From Hormiphora californensis (lineage: Eukaryota; Animalia; Ctenophora), in the NCBI GenBank assembly GCA_020137815.1, contig CM035357.1, forward strand, positions 806,001 to 870,000: a DNA stretch of 64,000 nt, written 5' to 3'. How positions within the stretch are numbered: position 1 is the first letter of the stretch; each line of letters starts with the position of its first letter. Both the position numbers and the translations under genes were made by a program. The notes below the pieces were generated by a model. The model was not told the DNA's origin and did no database searches. It saw only the letters and a list, made by a program, of their open reading frames with translations. Positions 1-12,900 of the stretch are shown piece by piece.

Positions 1-7
1 TCCCCAG

Positions 8-594
8 GTGACAGTGTAGCGGTGGTAGGTCTGTACTCAACTAAACACAGCGGGGAGAGCGTCTACAGAATTCTAGATGTCCTCTCCGTTACGCCCATCA
101 CAGTTCCAGTTCCTTGCCTCCTTCCCGGATCTCTAAGAGATATCTGCGAGGCACGGAATCGATCACCATGGCAACTCCTCTCCTTGTTAGCATACTGTAT
201 CACACCTGCCGACACACCACAGGGTACTACCGCGGATGATTATTGAATTTTAATATCTGATATGTCCCGCAACATTATGTTTTGTGAGGCACTGACTGTA
301 CATCGCGCACCCCGCAAGTACTCTTCGTACCCCGCCTTCGGCCCGGTACGAAGAAGACGGTCTTATAGGAGACAAATTATATTCCACTCATTTCATTCAA
401 TACGTATTTCCCCCACAGGTGCATTTCACACATTGAAGCAGCTCCTTCTCCTGGCCCTAATCAGGACCCCAGCCCCCATCACCAGTCCAACCTCCCCACT
501 ATTCCTTGGCACGGCCCACCCACGACACACCCCAACCCTGAATATTCTGGTACAAGCACGAGACACACGGGCTGTAGCTAGAGTACTGGATCAC
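8..594 (+). pseudogene. MCMDC2: Partial MCMDC2 copy A (exon 5 at 8-223, truncated exon 6 at 419-594); paralog or alternative haplotype
   Basis: Encodes the same peptides as exons 15743-15958 and 21697-21896 with only synonymous differences seen. The intervening intron is largely different and lacks the MITE/LINE insertion. Exon 6 breaks at ...VLDH and joins upstream-type sequence. Confidence 0.75.
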
Positions 595-3330
595 CGCGAA
601 AAACAGTGAAAATAGGGGTATACGAACTCGGCAATTAGAAGGAGTAGAAAGGTGTTCTAGGGTGCGTTCGAAAGCTGTCGAGGTCCTAAAGTAATTGGAA
701 TGTAATTGGAAGTAATTACATGTAATTAAAATGTAATTAAAGGGTATGCATGTAATTAAAGGATCTAATGACCCCAAATGACAATTCAGACATATTTTGA
801 CATATTTGGAGGCCCTGAGACCAGCGGGTGGCCAAATTTAATCCGGTTTCGGGTCGGCTGACGTAAAAACTCCGCGTTTTGGTCGAGATAAACCTATAAG
901 CCATAAATAATCTCAGACGACAATAAACTGAACAAAATGTAAACATAACTGACATTTACACACAAATACAAAGAGCCCCCCTTCCCATGTGCTGCCTCCC
1001 GTAGCAAGGGAGGAAGTTCCACACCTGTCAACACCCAATTAGACCCCTTAGAGATAACCATATGAGGTGAAACAACATCATTGTTCATGATTTTCCACGT
1101 AGTGTCATAATAGTCAAAAATAGAAAATTGATTTTCGGGTCAGAGGGCCTTTAAAATCTGGTGCCTTTCATTGCTAACAATTCGTAGTTTTAGCGCGCGC
1201 GACGGGTTAGGCTATCCGTTAGGGTCTGGTTAGGGTTGGTTTGGGGTTATCGGTTAGGGCTATCGATTCTCTATCAGTTACCGTTTAGTTTACTCAAATT
1301 GGCCATGTGGTTGAGTGGCTATAGCCGTTTGAAAAAGTCGGTCTAAGTGTACTCTTTTGGCAGCGCGCACCTGTAAACACGCTGCAAGGCACCCAGATTA
1401 TAATCGCGCCCGAACAGAACTTTTGTTTTAGTTCCACTTTGTTTTTAGTTGAAAAGCGCTGCCTTATCCGCGGCGTTTGCACTTTGCCGATGTTTTTAGC
1501 ATTTTTATTTTTTGCAAAAATGTCTCTGTTTCTTGGCACGCGTGATGGCTACAATCCCCTCTTATTCGTAAATCGTACGAATCGTACCCCCACAAGGAAG
1601 CCGGAAGCGCCTGCAGAGTATGCCAACTTTGTTTCCCTTCCAGACTCAGTAAAGTTACATTTACATTTACATAATATCCATTTACTATTTAGCTTCAAAA
1701 TAAACGGGTTATGGACGACGAGCCTTTTCTGCCTGTTATACGTTGGCTTCTCCATTGTGATTCAATTGGAAAATTACGAAATCAGGTACTGACTTTACTT
1801 TTTATAATAATAAATACTAGTAGGCCCGTTCGCCCTACGGGCGAATTTCGGGGAAATGGTAGCTTGATTAGGGAACGCTGACATCACCTGCACCATCCGT
1901 TCCTAGCCTATCTCTCACTTTCTCCCTTCTCATGGTGTTGTACGCTCTGGGCTTCCTGACAATGTCAAGGTCGAATTTAAGAGATCAATGTCAGGGAGGT
2001 ACAGTGCTGTTCCAGAAACTCATCACGTGAAAACTTGGCCGCTATGTAGCCAATTCAGAGATTTCTATATTCGACTGGAGTAATCACCCTTGGGCGAGTT
2101 GGGCAAAGGCTTTACCGTAAAGCTATCCTCAGTGGTTGATTGGCTCGCTTGAACACGTTGGCGTAATCTGTCATATTCTCTAGCCTGCTCTCTGACAGCA
2201 GCAGATCTTCTGGACCCATATAACCGTTGTCGAATAGCGCTTGGGGTGGAAGAGCTAGACATCAGGATTCAGGACAGAAGTAAAAGAATGCACGTGCAGA
2301 ATTGAATTCCCCCTTGGTACCCAGTTCTGCAACCGGGAGAGATCTCTCCAGGTCGCTCTAATAATTCACGTGCAAGACTTGTACTTAGTGTAGTTGCTAG
2401 GTGATCACCGTTACACAATTTGCTTAGTAAGTAGTATGATGGTGAAATAGTTTATAAAGTTCCAACTTCACTTCAGATCAACACAACAAAGATCCTCCAA
2501 CGCCTTATCCTTGACATTGATACAATACCGCTCTTGGAATTTAACAGTTTACTAGCAACTGCCTTATCGGAAACTACCCTCTGTTCTGTTCCATGGTTCA
2601 AGATATCTTATTTGAGGAGCTTGATGACTTGTTACCTCTAAAAACGAGCTGCATGTCGTGGTTCGTCCAAGCTCTGTTGTCCATGTTCCGAACCCAGCAC
2701 CTGATTCAAACAGCCTTGTAAGTTGACCAACTTGATATCACCATATTATTATCTTGACCCTGAAAAACTATTTTTTCATCAGCATCATACCTAATCATCA
2801 CATATTCTTGCCAAGTTGGCTGTTATTCGCGCGCCCCGCGGGCGAATAACAGTCTTGTTTTTATAAAATAAAATAAAAGTCTTGTTTTTGTAAAATAAAA
2901 TAAAAGAGTTTGTACAAAACAACACATATTCACCGTACTGCAGGTGAACTTTTGGGGTTCAGTCGTCAGTATCACGACACCTCCACACCATACACACAAT
3001 CCACCAAGTACAGATGCCCCATTGAGACGTGCAAGGGAAACAATGATCCCGCTCACATCAGGTTGTTATCCAATGATTATTTTTATCAGGTTGCCACTTG
3101 TCACATAATTACTTGTATATTCTACTCCCATTCTACAGCATTTCATGGGCATTTAATTGAGATCATGGTTATGAATTTCATGCTTTTTAATTGGAATACT
3201 TACTTGGATCCGAACCGGCCTGTCATTTTTATCCTTATAAAGTATGAATTATACTCCGATCAATTCAAATATATTGTTGTTGGCTAGATTTCTATGTTAA
3301 GATACAGTTTGATCGGGAGAGGTTGCTATT
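595..3330 (+). pseudogene. MCMDC2: Partial MCMDC2 copy B (upstream region plus exons 1-3, frameshifted); direct repeat of 5831-8463
   Basis: Near-identical to 5831-8463 but with many 1-2 nt deletions, including in exon 1 (gagccttttctgcc vs gagccttttcattgcc). After ~2570 it also carries substitutions and a ~115-bp insertion (~2807-2920). Confidence 0.7.
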
Positions 3331-4335
3331 GTGTTTGTTGAATGAAGGAATGAAAAATGATTTCAAATTTGACAAAAAATTATGGAAAAAGTTACCAAGA
3401 AATTGATCCAAGTGCTCCCATGATTTTTATTCTCGCAACTATCACCGTTTTCACGGGACAACTCGCTAACCCTTACCAACAATCCGTGGCCCACCTTGTA
3501 CAAACACGAACATACAAAACACGAACTACAAAACACGAACATATACCACGAACATTCAAAACACGATCATAACAGTTACTAGAACATCGGGACAAATAAA
3601 TAGACCAACAAATCAACCCACCGACACAACCCATGACACCCCATGACACCCCATGACACACTCATGATACACTCATGAGACGTTGAAACACCTAAAAACG
3701 TCTCATGAGCGATCATGATACACTCATGATACCAGATACATCATGAGCGCTCATGAGAGGAACGGACAGGTTCTTCCGACTTACCGACGCAAATTTATCC
3801 AGAAAAATTGAGACAAAAATCGGAAATTTTCACAAAAAAAACTGAATGATGAGTTCAAAATTTGAAGTCTAGCACCGCGCACCGCGCGTTACGTTCAATG
3901 CAGCGCTCATCTCATCGAAATTTTCCGTTCAAAATGTTAAGCGGCGAACGCGAACAGAACGGAAAACGTTAAAGGTCCTCTGACTCGAAAAAACAACTTT
4001 GTCTAAATTGACAGTGCATGAAAAATCATGAAGATCCCAGGTTATCTCACACTCTACGGATTCCTCCTTCCCCCTCTAATTAGGTGTTAAAAGGTTGCCC
4101 CACGCCACCCCTTCCGAGCTGAGGCAGCACATAGGACCTCTCCCCCCTTTGTGTTTACACACAAAAAACTGATTACATTTACAAACAATGACATTACTGA
4201 CAAGTGTGATATCATAAATTATCCATGATACATAAAAAGGAAATCTCAAAACACGTTTCTTCAAATTAGTGAATGATTTGTATTTAAATACATGAATTAA
4301 CACATGAAAATTAGTATCAAATACTTTTGTCAATC

Positions 4336-4870
4336 CCTCAGAGCACACTAGATACCCTCAGAGCACACTAGATACCCCTCAGAGCACACTAGATACCCCT
4401 CAGAGCACACTAGATACCCCTCAGAGCACACTAGATACCCCTCAGAGCACACTAGATACCCCTCAGAGCACACTAGATACCCCTCAGAGCACACTAGATA
4501 CCCCTCAGAGCACACTAGATACCCCTCAGAGCACACTAGATACCCCTCAGAGCACACTAGATACCCCTCAGAGCACACTAGATACCCCTCAGAGCACACT
4601 AGATACCCCTCAGAGCACACTAGATACCCTCAGAGCACACTAGATACCCCTCAGAGCACACTAGATACCCCTCAGAGCACACTAGATACCCCTCAGAGCA
4701 CACTAGATACCCCTCAGAGCACACTAGATACCCCTCAGAGCACACTAGATACCCCTCAGAGCACACTAGATACCCCTCAGAGCACACTAGATACCCCTCA
4801 GAGCCTACTAGATACCCCTCAGAGCCCACTAGATACCCCTCACACCCTGATAGATACCCTCAGAGCCTGC
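4336..4870. repeat. 21-bp minisatellite (ccctcagagcacactagatac), about 24 copies, degenerating to ~5150
   Basis: Direct tandem repeat; source of the spurious CSEGYLV ORFs. Confidence 0.95.
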
Positions 4871-6963
4871 TAGATACGCCTCAGAGCCTACTATAGCCTC
4901 AGACGTTATTAGATACCTCTCACATCCTATATGAAAAACTGGGAAATACCTCTCATATGTTACTAGATATTATTATATCCCCAGACCCTTCCAAACACCC
5001 CTCTGACCCTCTCAATACCCCTCAGACCCTGCTAGAGACTACGAGTTTGTTACCCATCTCTTAGCCGCCTCTAGATATACCTCAAACCCTACTGGACACC
5101 CGTCAGAGTGTATAATATGACCCTCAGATCCTACTAGATAAAGTCGATGGATCTGAGAGGTATCTAGAAGGGTCAGAGGAGTGTCTAAAAGGGTCAGAGG
5201 GTTAGCTGCTAACGTATTTAGAAATTCTGAGGTCCTATACTGGATCCGAGGGAAGGCGGAGGGTATCTACTAAGCTGTGAGGTGTAGAGTTGAAGGGGTA
5301 TCTAGAATTAAGGGTCTAAGGGAAATCCCCCCCCCCCCCCGGATGTTTAGTAACAACAGAGGGTCATCTACCAGGGCGTTTAACCTAACCATTGCTCTAT
5401 TCCTAGAAATAACACCTGTACCGGTTTACAAATCAACCCAAGGAGTAAAGACAACCTTTAGCATAGATTGTGTGTAGCAGAATTTATTAAGTCAAGGGTC
5501 ACAGAAATTCATAAGATACTTAATATTGATGTGAAAATGTCAACTTAATTCGGGGCCTGGCAAGGCCCCCCGACCCGAATATAAACCAAACTCAACCCAT
5601 CCCCCCTAAAACATCCCCCCTAAAACTAAAACAACGGGGCCGAGCCGACAGGCCCTTAATACCAGATGAAAAAAAACCATAAACCATAACCATAGATATT
5701 TTTAGAGTGAAAGTTTTGAAGCCCCCTGAAGTAGTAGAGAGGTGTTCTATGGCTCGTTGGAAAGGTCTCGAGGTCCCGCGACGTATAGGGGGTGTGGCGA
5801 TGGCCATACCCAAACCTATAAGGGGTAGGACGCGAAAAACAGTGAAAATAAGGGGTATACAGAACTCGGCAATTAGAAGGAGTAGAAAGGTGTTCTAGGG
5901 TGCGTTCGAAAGCTGTCGAGGTCCTAAAGTAATTGGAATGTAATTGGAAGTAATTACATGTAATTAAAATGTAATTAAAGGGTAATTGCATGTAATTAAA
6001 GGATCTAAATGACCCCAAATGACAATTCAGACATATTTTGACATATTTGGAGGCCCTGAGACCAGCGGGTGGCCAAATTTAATCCGGTTTCGGGTCGGCT
6101 GACGTAAAAACTCCGCGTTTTGGTCGAGATAAACCTATAAGCCATAAATAATCTCAGACGACAATAAACTGAACAAAATGTAAACATAACTGACATTTAC
6201 ACACAAATACAAAGAGCCCCCCTTCCCATGTGCTGCCTCCCGTAGCAAGGGAGAGAAGTTCCACACCTGTCAACACCCAATTAGACCCCTTAGAGATAAC
6301 CATATGAGGTGAAACATACATCATTGTTCATGATTTTCCACGTAGTGTCATAATAAGTCAAAAATAGAAAATTGATTTTCGGGTCAGAGGGCCTTTAAAA
6401 TCTGGGTGCCTTTCATTGCTAACAATTCGTAGTTTTAGCGCGCGCGCGCGGGTTAGGGCTATCCGTTAGGGTCTGGTTAGGGTTTGGTTTGGGGTTATCG
6501 GTTAGGGCTATCGATTCTCTATCAGTTACCGTTTAGTTTACTCAAATTGGCCATGTGGTTGCGTGGCTATAGCCGTTTGAAAAAAGTCGGTCTAAGTGTA
6601 CTCTTTTGGCTAGCGCGCACCTGTAAACACGCTGCAAGGCACCCAGATTATAATCGCGCCCGAACAGAACTTTTGTTTTTAGTTCCACTTTGTTTTTAGT
6701 TGAAAAGCGCTGCCTTATCCCGCGGCGTTTGCACTTTGCCGATGTTTTTAGCATTTTTATTTTTTGCAAAAATGTCTCTGTTTCTTGGCACGCGTGATGG
6801 CTACAATCCCCTCTTATTCGTAAATCGTACGAATCGTACCCCCACAAGGAAGCCGGAAGCGCCTGCAGAGTATGCCAACTTTGTTTCCCTTCCAGACTCC
6901 AGTAAAGTTACATTTACATTTACATAATATCCATTTACTATTTAGCTTCAAAATAAACGGGTT

Positions 6964-9900
6964 ATGGACGACGAGCCTTTTCATTGCCTGTTATACAGTT
7001 GGCTTCTCCATTGTGATTCAATTGGAAAATTACGAAATCAGGTACTGACTTTACTTTTTATAATAATAAATACTAGTAGGCCCGTTCGCCCTACGGGCGA
7101 ATTTCGGGGAAATGGTAGCTTGATTAGGGAACGCTGACATCACCTGCACCATCCGTTCCTAGCCTATCTCTCACTTTCTCCCTTCTCATGGTGTTGTACG
7201 CTCTGGGCTTCCTGACAATGTCAAGGTCCGAATTTAAGAGATCAATGTCAGGGAGGTACAGTGCTGTTCCAGAAACTCATCACGTGAAAACTTGGCCGCT
7301 ATGTAGCCAATTCAGAGATTTCTATATTCGACTGGAGTAATCACCCTTGGGCGAGGTTGGGCAAAGGCTTTACCGTAAAGCTATCCTCAGTGGTTGATTG
7401 GCTCGCTTGAACACGTTGGCGTAATCTGTCATATTCTCTAGCCTGCTCTCTGACAGCAGCAGATCTTCTGGACCCATATAACCGTTGTCGAATAGCGCTT
7501 GGGGTGGAAGAGCTAGACATCAGGATTCAGGACAGAAGTAAAAGAATGCACGTGCAGAATTGAATTCCCCCTTGGTACCCAGTTCTGCAACCGGGAGAGA
7601 TCTCTCCAGGTCGCTCTAATAATTGCACGTGCAAGACTTGTACTTAGTGTAGTTGCTAGGTGATCACCGTTACACAATTTGCTTAGTAAGTAGTATGATG
7701 GTGAAATAGTTTATAAAGTTCCAACTTCACTTCAGATCAACACAACAAAGACTCTCCAACGCCTTATCCTTGACATTGATACAATACCGCTCTTGGAATT
7801 TAACAGTTTACTAGGCAACTGCCTTATCGGGAACTACCCTCTGTTCTGTTCCATGGTTCAAGATATCTTATTTGAGGAGTTTGACGACTTAGTTACCTCT
7901 AAGAACGAGCTGCATGTCGTGGTTCGTCCAAGCTCTGTTGTCCATGTTCCCGACCCAGCACCTGATTCAAACAGCCTTGTAAGTTGACCACACCATATTA
8001 TCTTGACCCTGAAAAACCATTTTTTCATCAGGCATCATATCTAATCATATCACATATATTCACCGTACTGCAGGTAAACTTCTGGGGTTCTGTTGTTAGC
8101 ATCACGACACCTCCACAACCATACACACAATCCACAAAGTACAGATGCCCCATTGAGACGTGCAAGGGAAACAATGATCCAGCTCACATCAGGTTGTTAT
8201 CACATGAGTACTTTTATCAGGTTGCCACATTGTCACATGATTATTTTTATATTCTACTCCCATTGTACTGCATTTCATGGGCATTTAATTGGGAGATCAT
8301 AGTGGTGAATTTTATGCTTTTTAATTGGAATACTTACTAGGATCCGAACCGGCCTGTCATTTTTATCCTTATAAAGTATGGAATACTCCGATCAATTCAA
8401 ATATATTGTTGTTGGCTGGATTTCTATGTTAAGATACAGTTTGATCGGGAGGGGTTGCTATTGTGTGTGTGTGTTAGTATGATGTCATGATAATGTGTTC
8501 AGTAGTGTTCAGTAGTAGTGCTTACATTCGTCAATATGTCACTGATGAGATCGCAAGATCGAAACATTTGTTTGTAAACCAACGTGTTTCTATTTGTTGT
8601 ACCTACATTCGTTAATGCTGCTTCCAAATGCCTCTATCTCGTACAAGTGTATACACGCGTTTGTGTTCTGATGTTGCCTGATCACAACAACTTTCACAAG
8701 ACGTACTGATCCACACTTTATTGTGTGAGATGCATTAACAGTATCCAGTGTTAGAGTACCACAAAGAATCTCCTTTCCACTGATCATATCCTCTATGTAA
8801 ATCTGGGCTCCTTTAAACCGGTAGTAGTGCGAGTTGTTGGTGTGGGTAGGGTAAATAACGACGTGGTTGATCCACGTTGGCCATCTCAACAACACTTTTA
8901 GCCATATCGCTTGGGTGCTGCATTCGGAGTGGGCGTAGGTTCCAAAATTTCCATCAATGGAATGGCTAGCCTGTTCTGAACGAAACGTGGACGATAGTTT
9001 GGCATCTTCGAAAGGGACTTGGGACTGCTTTATGCACAGGGTTGGGTTTATTACAGCCATTATAATTAATCCTAGAGTAAGGGTGTTGGCCATTCTTGAA
9101 AATAAATACGTTGTTAGCTGCTATTCAGGCATAAATGCTATTTATAGCCGAAATTTAAAAAAATATGTTTGCCCAAGAGAGCCACAAAAAGTGTTAGAAT
9201 GCCGAATACAAATGATATGGTTAGATTGCGAGCTGGCTATTGATATTCTCTCTCTCTCCATCTCTCCCCCTCGCATAATGGGCTAAGCGATTACGATGGA
9301 AGAATGAAGATTTAGAGAGAATGATATGGTTTACCTTTGTGAGCAAGGACAAGTATAAGCAAGGAAAAGTATAAGCCCGTGCCCCGTTTTAATAGCATTC
9401 AATCGCCAGATGGATTATATCCAGAGAGAGAATTATAAGCATAGAGCATTATAATGAGCATTATAATAATGAGCAAGGAAAGGTATAAGGCTCTCTCCCC
9501 CTCCTCGCATATAATGGGTGACCTGATCACGATGGAAGATTTTAGAGAGAATCTTATGTTTTACCTTAGTGAGCAAGGAATAGTATAAGGTCCGTGCCCC
9601 ATCAATCGTCAGATGGGTTATATCCAGAGAGAGAATTATAAGCATTATTATGCATGCGCACGTGGATAATATTATTATATCGCGTTGTTATGTTCTAACC
9701 TAAAGTGCGTTTCAAACGACTTGACCTGAGATTCCTGGAAATTCAGGATTTCCCCTTTGTAAATACACGCGCAATGCGCCAAATTCCAAGAATTACGGGT
9801 CAAGTCGCTTGAAACGGACTTTAACCCTAAGTTCGGTGAAACAGGGTCGAGCAAGGCAAATATATCGTGAGGGATGTCACGGACGGCTAATAATAATAGT

Positions 9901-12900
9901 TTTGTCCAGGATTAAAACTGCCACCTCAATCCCCTCCATCTAACAGATATATTTCTCTACTGCCGGATTCAAACCGCCTCCATTTATAAAAATACAGTCG
10001 GACCCCGATTTAACGGCCCCCGATTTAGCGGCACCCCGATTTAACGGCAGGATAAATTTCCCCCAAAATTTTTTTTGAAATTTTTTTGAATTTTATTTTT
10101 GAAAATTTTTTGAAAAACCACGTCCAAATCGTGTTTGGAATCGGGGTATCTTATTGTATGTATTGCCGGTAATTAGACGGTTCAAAACGAACAGATATGT
10201 GATCCCCATGAGGCCCATCGAATCGCAATTTTGACGCTTGTTAAACTTAAACTGGCCTGATGGGGATCACGTATCGGTTCGTTTCGAACCGTCTAATTAG
10301 CGACAGGACGTGCGATAAGATGCACTGATTTGAAACACGATTCGGACGTGGTTGATATACCTTTGAAAAATTTTCATAACTTTTTTTGCAATATTTTACA
10401 GAATGATTGTCAATGCTTTGATCGGTGCTCCCCATGAATTTTCAGAGAAAAATATATTTTGAAATTCAAATTCTTCCTCACCCCGCTTAAAGTGCCCCGA
10501 TTCGGCATGGTATCACGTATCAGCTCGTCTAATTAGCAGCAAGACATGCGATAAGATACACTGATTCGATAAACGATTCGGACGTGGTTGATATAGAAAA
10601 CTTAGAAAATTTTTATAACTTATTTTGAAACTATCCTGAAATTACATACTTTCTTTTTCTAATCAGAAATGATGTAATCAATACATGAACATTGCATTTA
10701 ACACTTAGAGGTGTTTTAGTATAGCATTTTGGACAAAAATAGGGTTTTATGGGCCAAATATGCTCTACCCCGATTTAACGGACACCCCGATTTAACGGAC
10801 AAAACCCTTTCCCCCGAGGGTGCCGTTAAATCGGGGTCCGACTGTAGTACAAATATAGTACAAACTAGACCAAAAAACAAAAGAAATTTGTTTGGAAAAC
10901 CCGTGGCCTTTTGTCGATACTTGACGCTGCGGGAAATGCACCCATAATCTGAGCTACTAGGTATTGTTGTGCCATCTCTCTCTAAGTTCTCACACACGCA
11001 CATTCTCTCTCTCACTCTTCCACACGTCTTGCTCTGACGAAGGGTGCAATTCCCGCAGCGTCAAGTATCGACAAAAGGCCACGGGTTTTCCAAACAAATT
11101 TCTTTTGTTTTTTGGTCTAGTTTCTCAGGATTTTTGTAAACAGGTATCGTAAATATGCAAATAATGGCTAAACAGTGTGAGATACGACTTTTTGTCCGGG
11201 GGACGACCCCCCATAAATCGACCATTCTGCGTCGAAATATGTCCATGAAAACTTTCTAGGACCAGCTGAAGTGGAAATATTCAGAATATGCACTAAATCA
11301 TGAATCGGCGCATAAATATGCAAATAACGGCTAAACGGGGCGAGATACAACTTTTTGTCCGGGGGACAACCCCCCATAAATCGACCATTCTGCGTCGAAA
11401 TATGTCCATGAAAACGTTCTAAGGCCAGCTGAAGTGGAAATATTCAGAATATTCATGAAATCATGAATCGGCACATAAATATGCAAATAACGGCTAAACG
11501 GGGCGAGATACAACTTTTTGTCCCGGTGACGACCCCCCATAAATCGACCATTCTGCGTCGAATTATGTCCATGAAAACGTTCTAAGGCCAGCTTAAGTGG
11601 AAATATTCAGAGTATTCATAAAATCATGAATCGGCGCATAAATATGCAAATAACGGCTAAACGAGGCGAGATACAACTTTTTGTCCGGGGGACAACCCCC
11701 CATAAATCGACCATTCTGCGTCGAAATATGTCCATGAAAACTTTCTAGGACCAGCTGAAGTGGAAATATTCAGAATATTCATGAAATCATGAATCGGCAC
11801 ATAAATATATGCAAATAACGGCTAAACGGGGCGAGATACAACTTTTTGTCCCGGGGACGACCCCCCATAAATCGACCATTCTGCGTCGAAATATGTCCAT
11901 GAAAACGTTCTAAGGCCAGCTTAAGTGGAAATATTCAGAGTATTCATAAAATCATGAATCGGCGCATAAATATGCAAATAACGGCTAAACGAGGCGAGAT
12001 ACAACTTTTTGTCCGGGGGACGACCCCCCATAAATCGACCATTCTGCGTCGAAATATGTCCATGAAAACTTTCTAGGACCAGCTGAAGTGGAAATATTCA
12101 GAATATGCACTAAATCATGAATCGGCGCATAAATATGCAAATAACGGCTAAACGGGGCGAGATACAACTTTTTGTCCGGGGGACAACCCCCCATAAATCG
12201 ACCATTCTGCGTCGAAATATGTCCATGAAAACTTTCTAGGACCAGCTGAAGTGGAAATATTCAGAAAATGCATAAATCATGAATTGGTACATAAATATGC
12301 GAATAACGGCTAAACGGTACAAGATATGACTTTTTGTCCGGGGGAAGACCCCCCATAAATCGACTATTCTCCGTCCAATGCGACCAATGAAAAGCCGCTA
12401 TCATAAGTAGAACTTGAGATATTCAGATATACATATTGTCATAATTATGTGCATATTACTCCTTAACGGTAAAAGTTAGAGAAAATTGTCCCAAGTAAGA
12501 CCCCCCATAAATCGAATATTTTGCGTCGGTTAGAACCGTTGATTTCTCTCTAGTATGAGTCATTACCGAGATATTCATAAATTTGTACATAAATTATGCA
12601 TAATTAATGACTTAATGATCTCCAATCAAGATCCCACATACTTTATGACACACAGAATAACTAGAGTAACCTAAGTTTTAAATTTCAGGGCTCTAGCTTT
12701 AGCCGTTTTTCCAGGCGAATGTTTGCAAAATGGTGGTGCCTTGTATGTATGTATGTATGTATGTATAGTGTCTACACAGGGTGTGTTTGGGACCCCCCTC
12801 GTAACTTTTGAACGAAACGACCGATCCACTTGAAATTTATATCACTAAAAGTAATGGTAGAGGTACCTATAACTACAAAATTTCAGCTCGCTAGCTTATC

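Noticed and set aside
1203-1260. Telomere or chromosome-healing site (also 6449-6510)
   Set aside because: Only a few degenerate TTAGGG-like units embedded in a dispersed repeat.
2065-2262. Helitron RepHel gene
   Set aside because: A short charged ORF with no HUH Rep or helicase motifs; at most a remnant.
4348-4829. Repetitive ORFs ([34 protein letters not shown] repeats across the window)
   Set aside because: Translations of mini- and microsatellites in introns or intergenic DNA.
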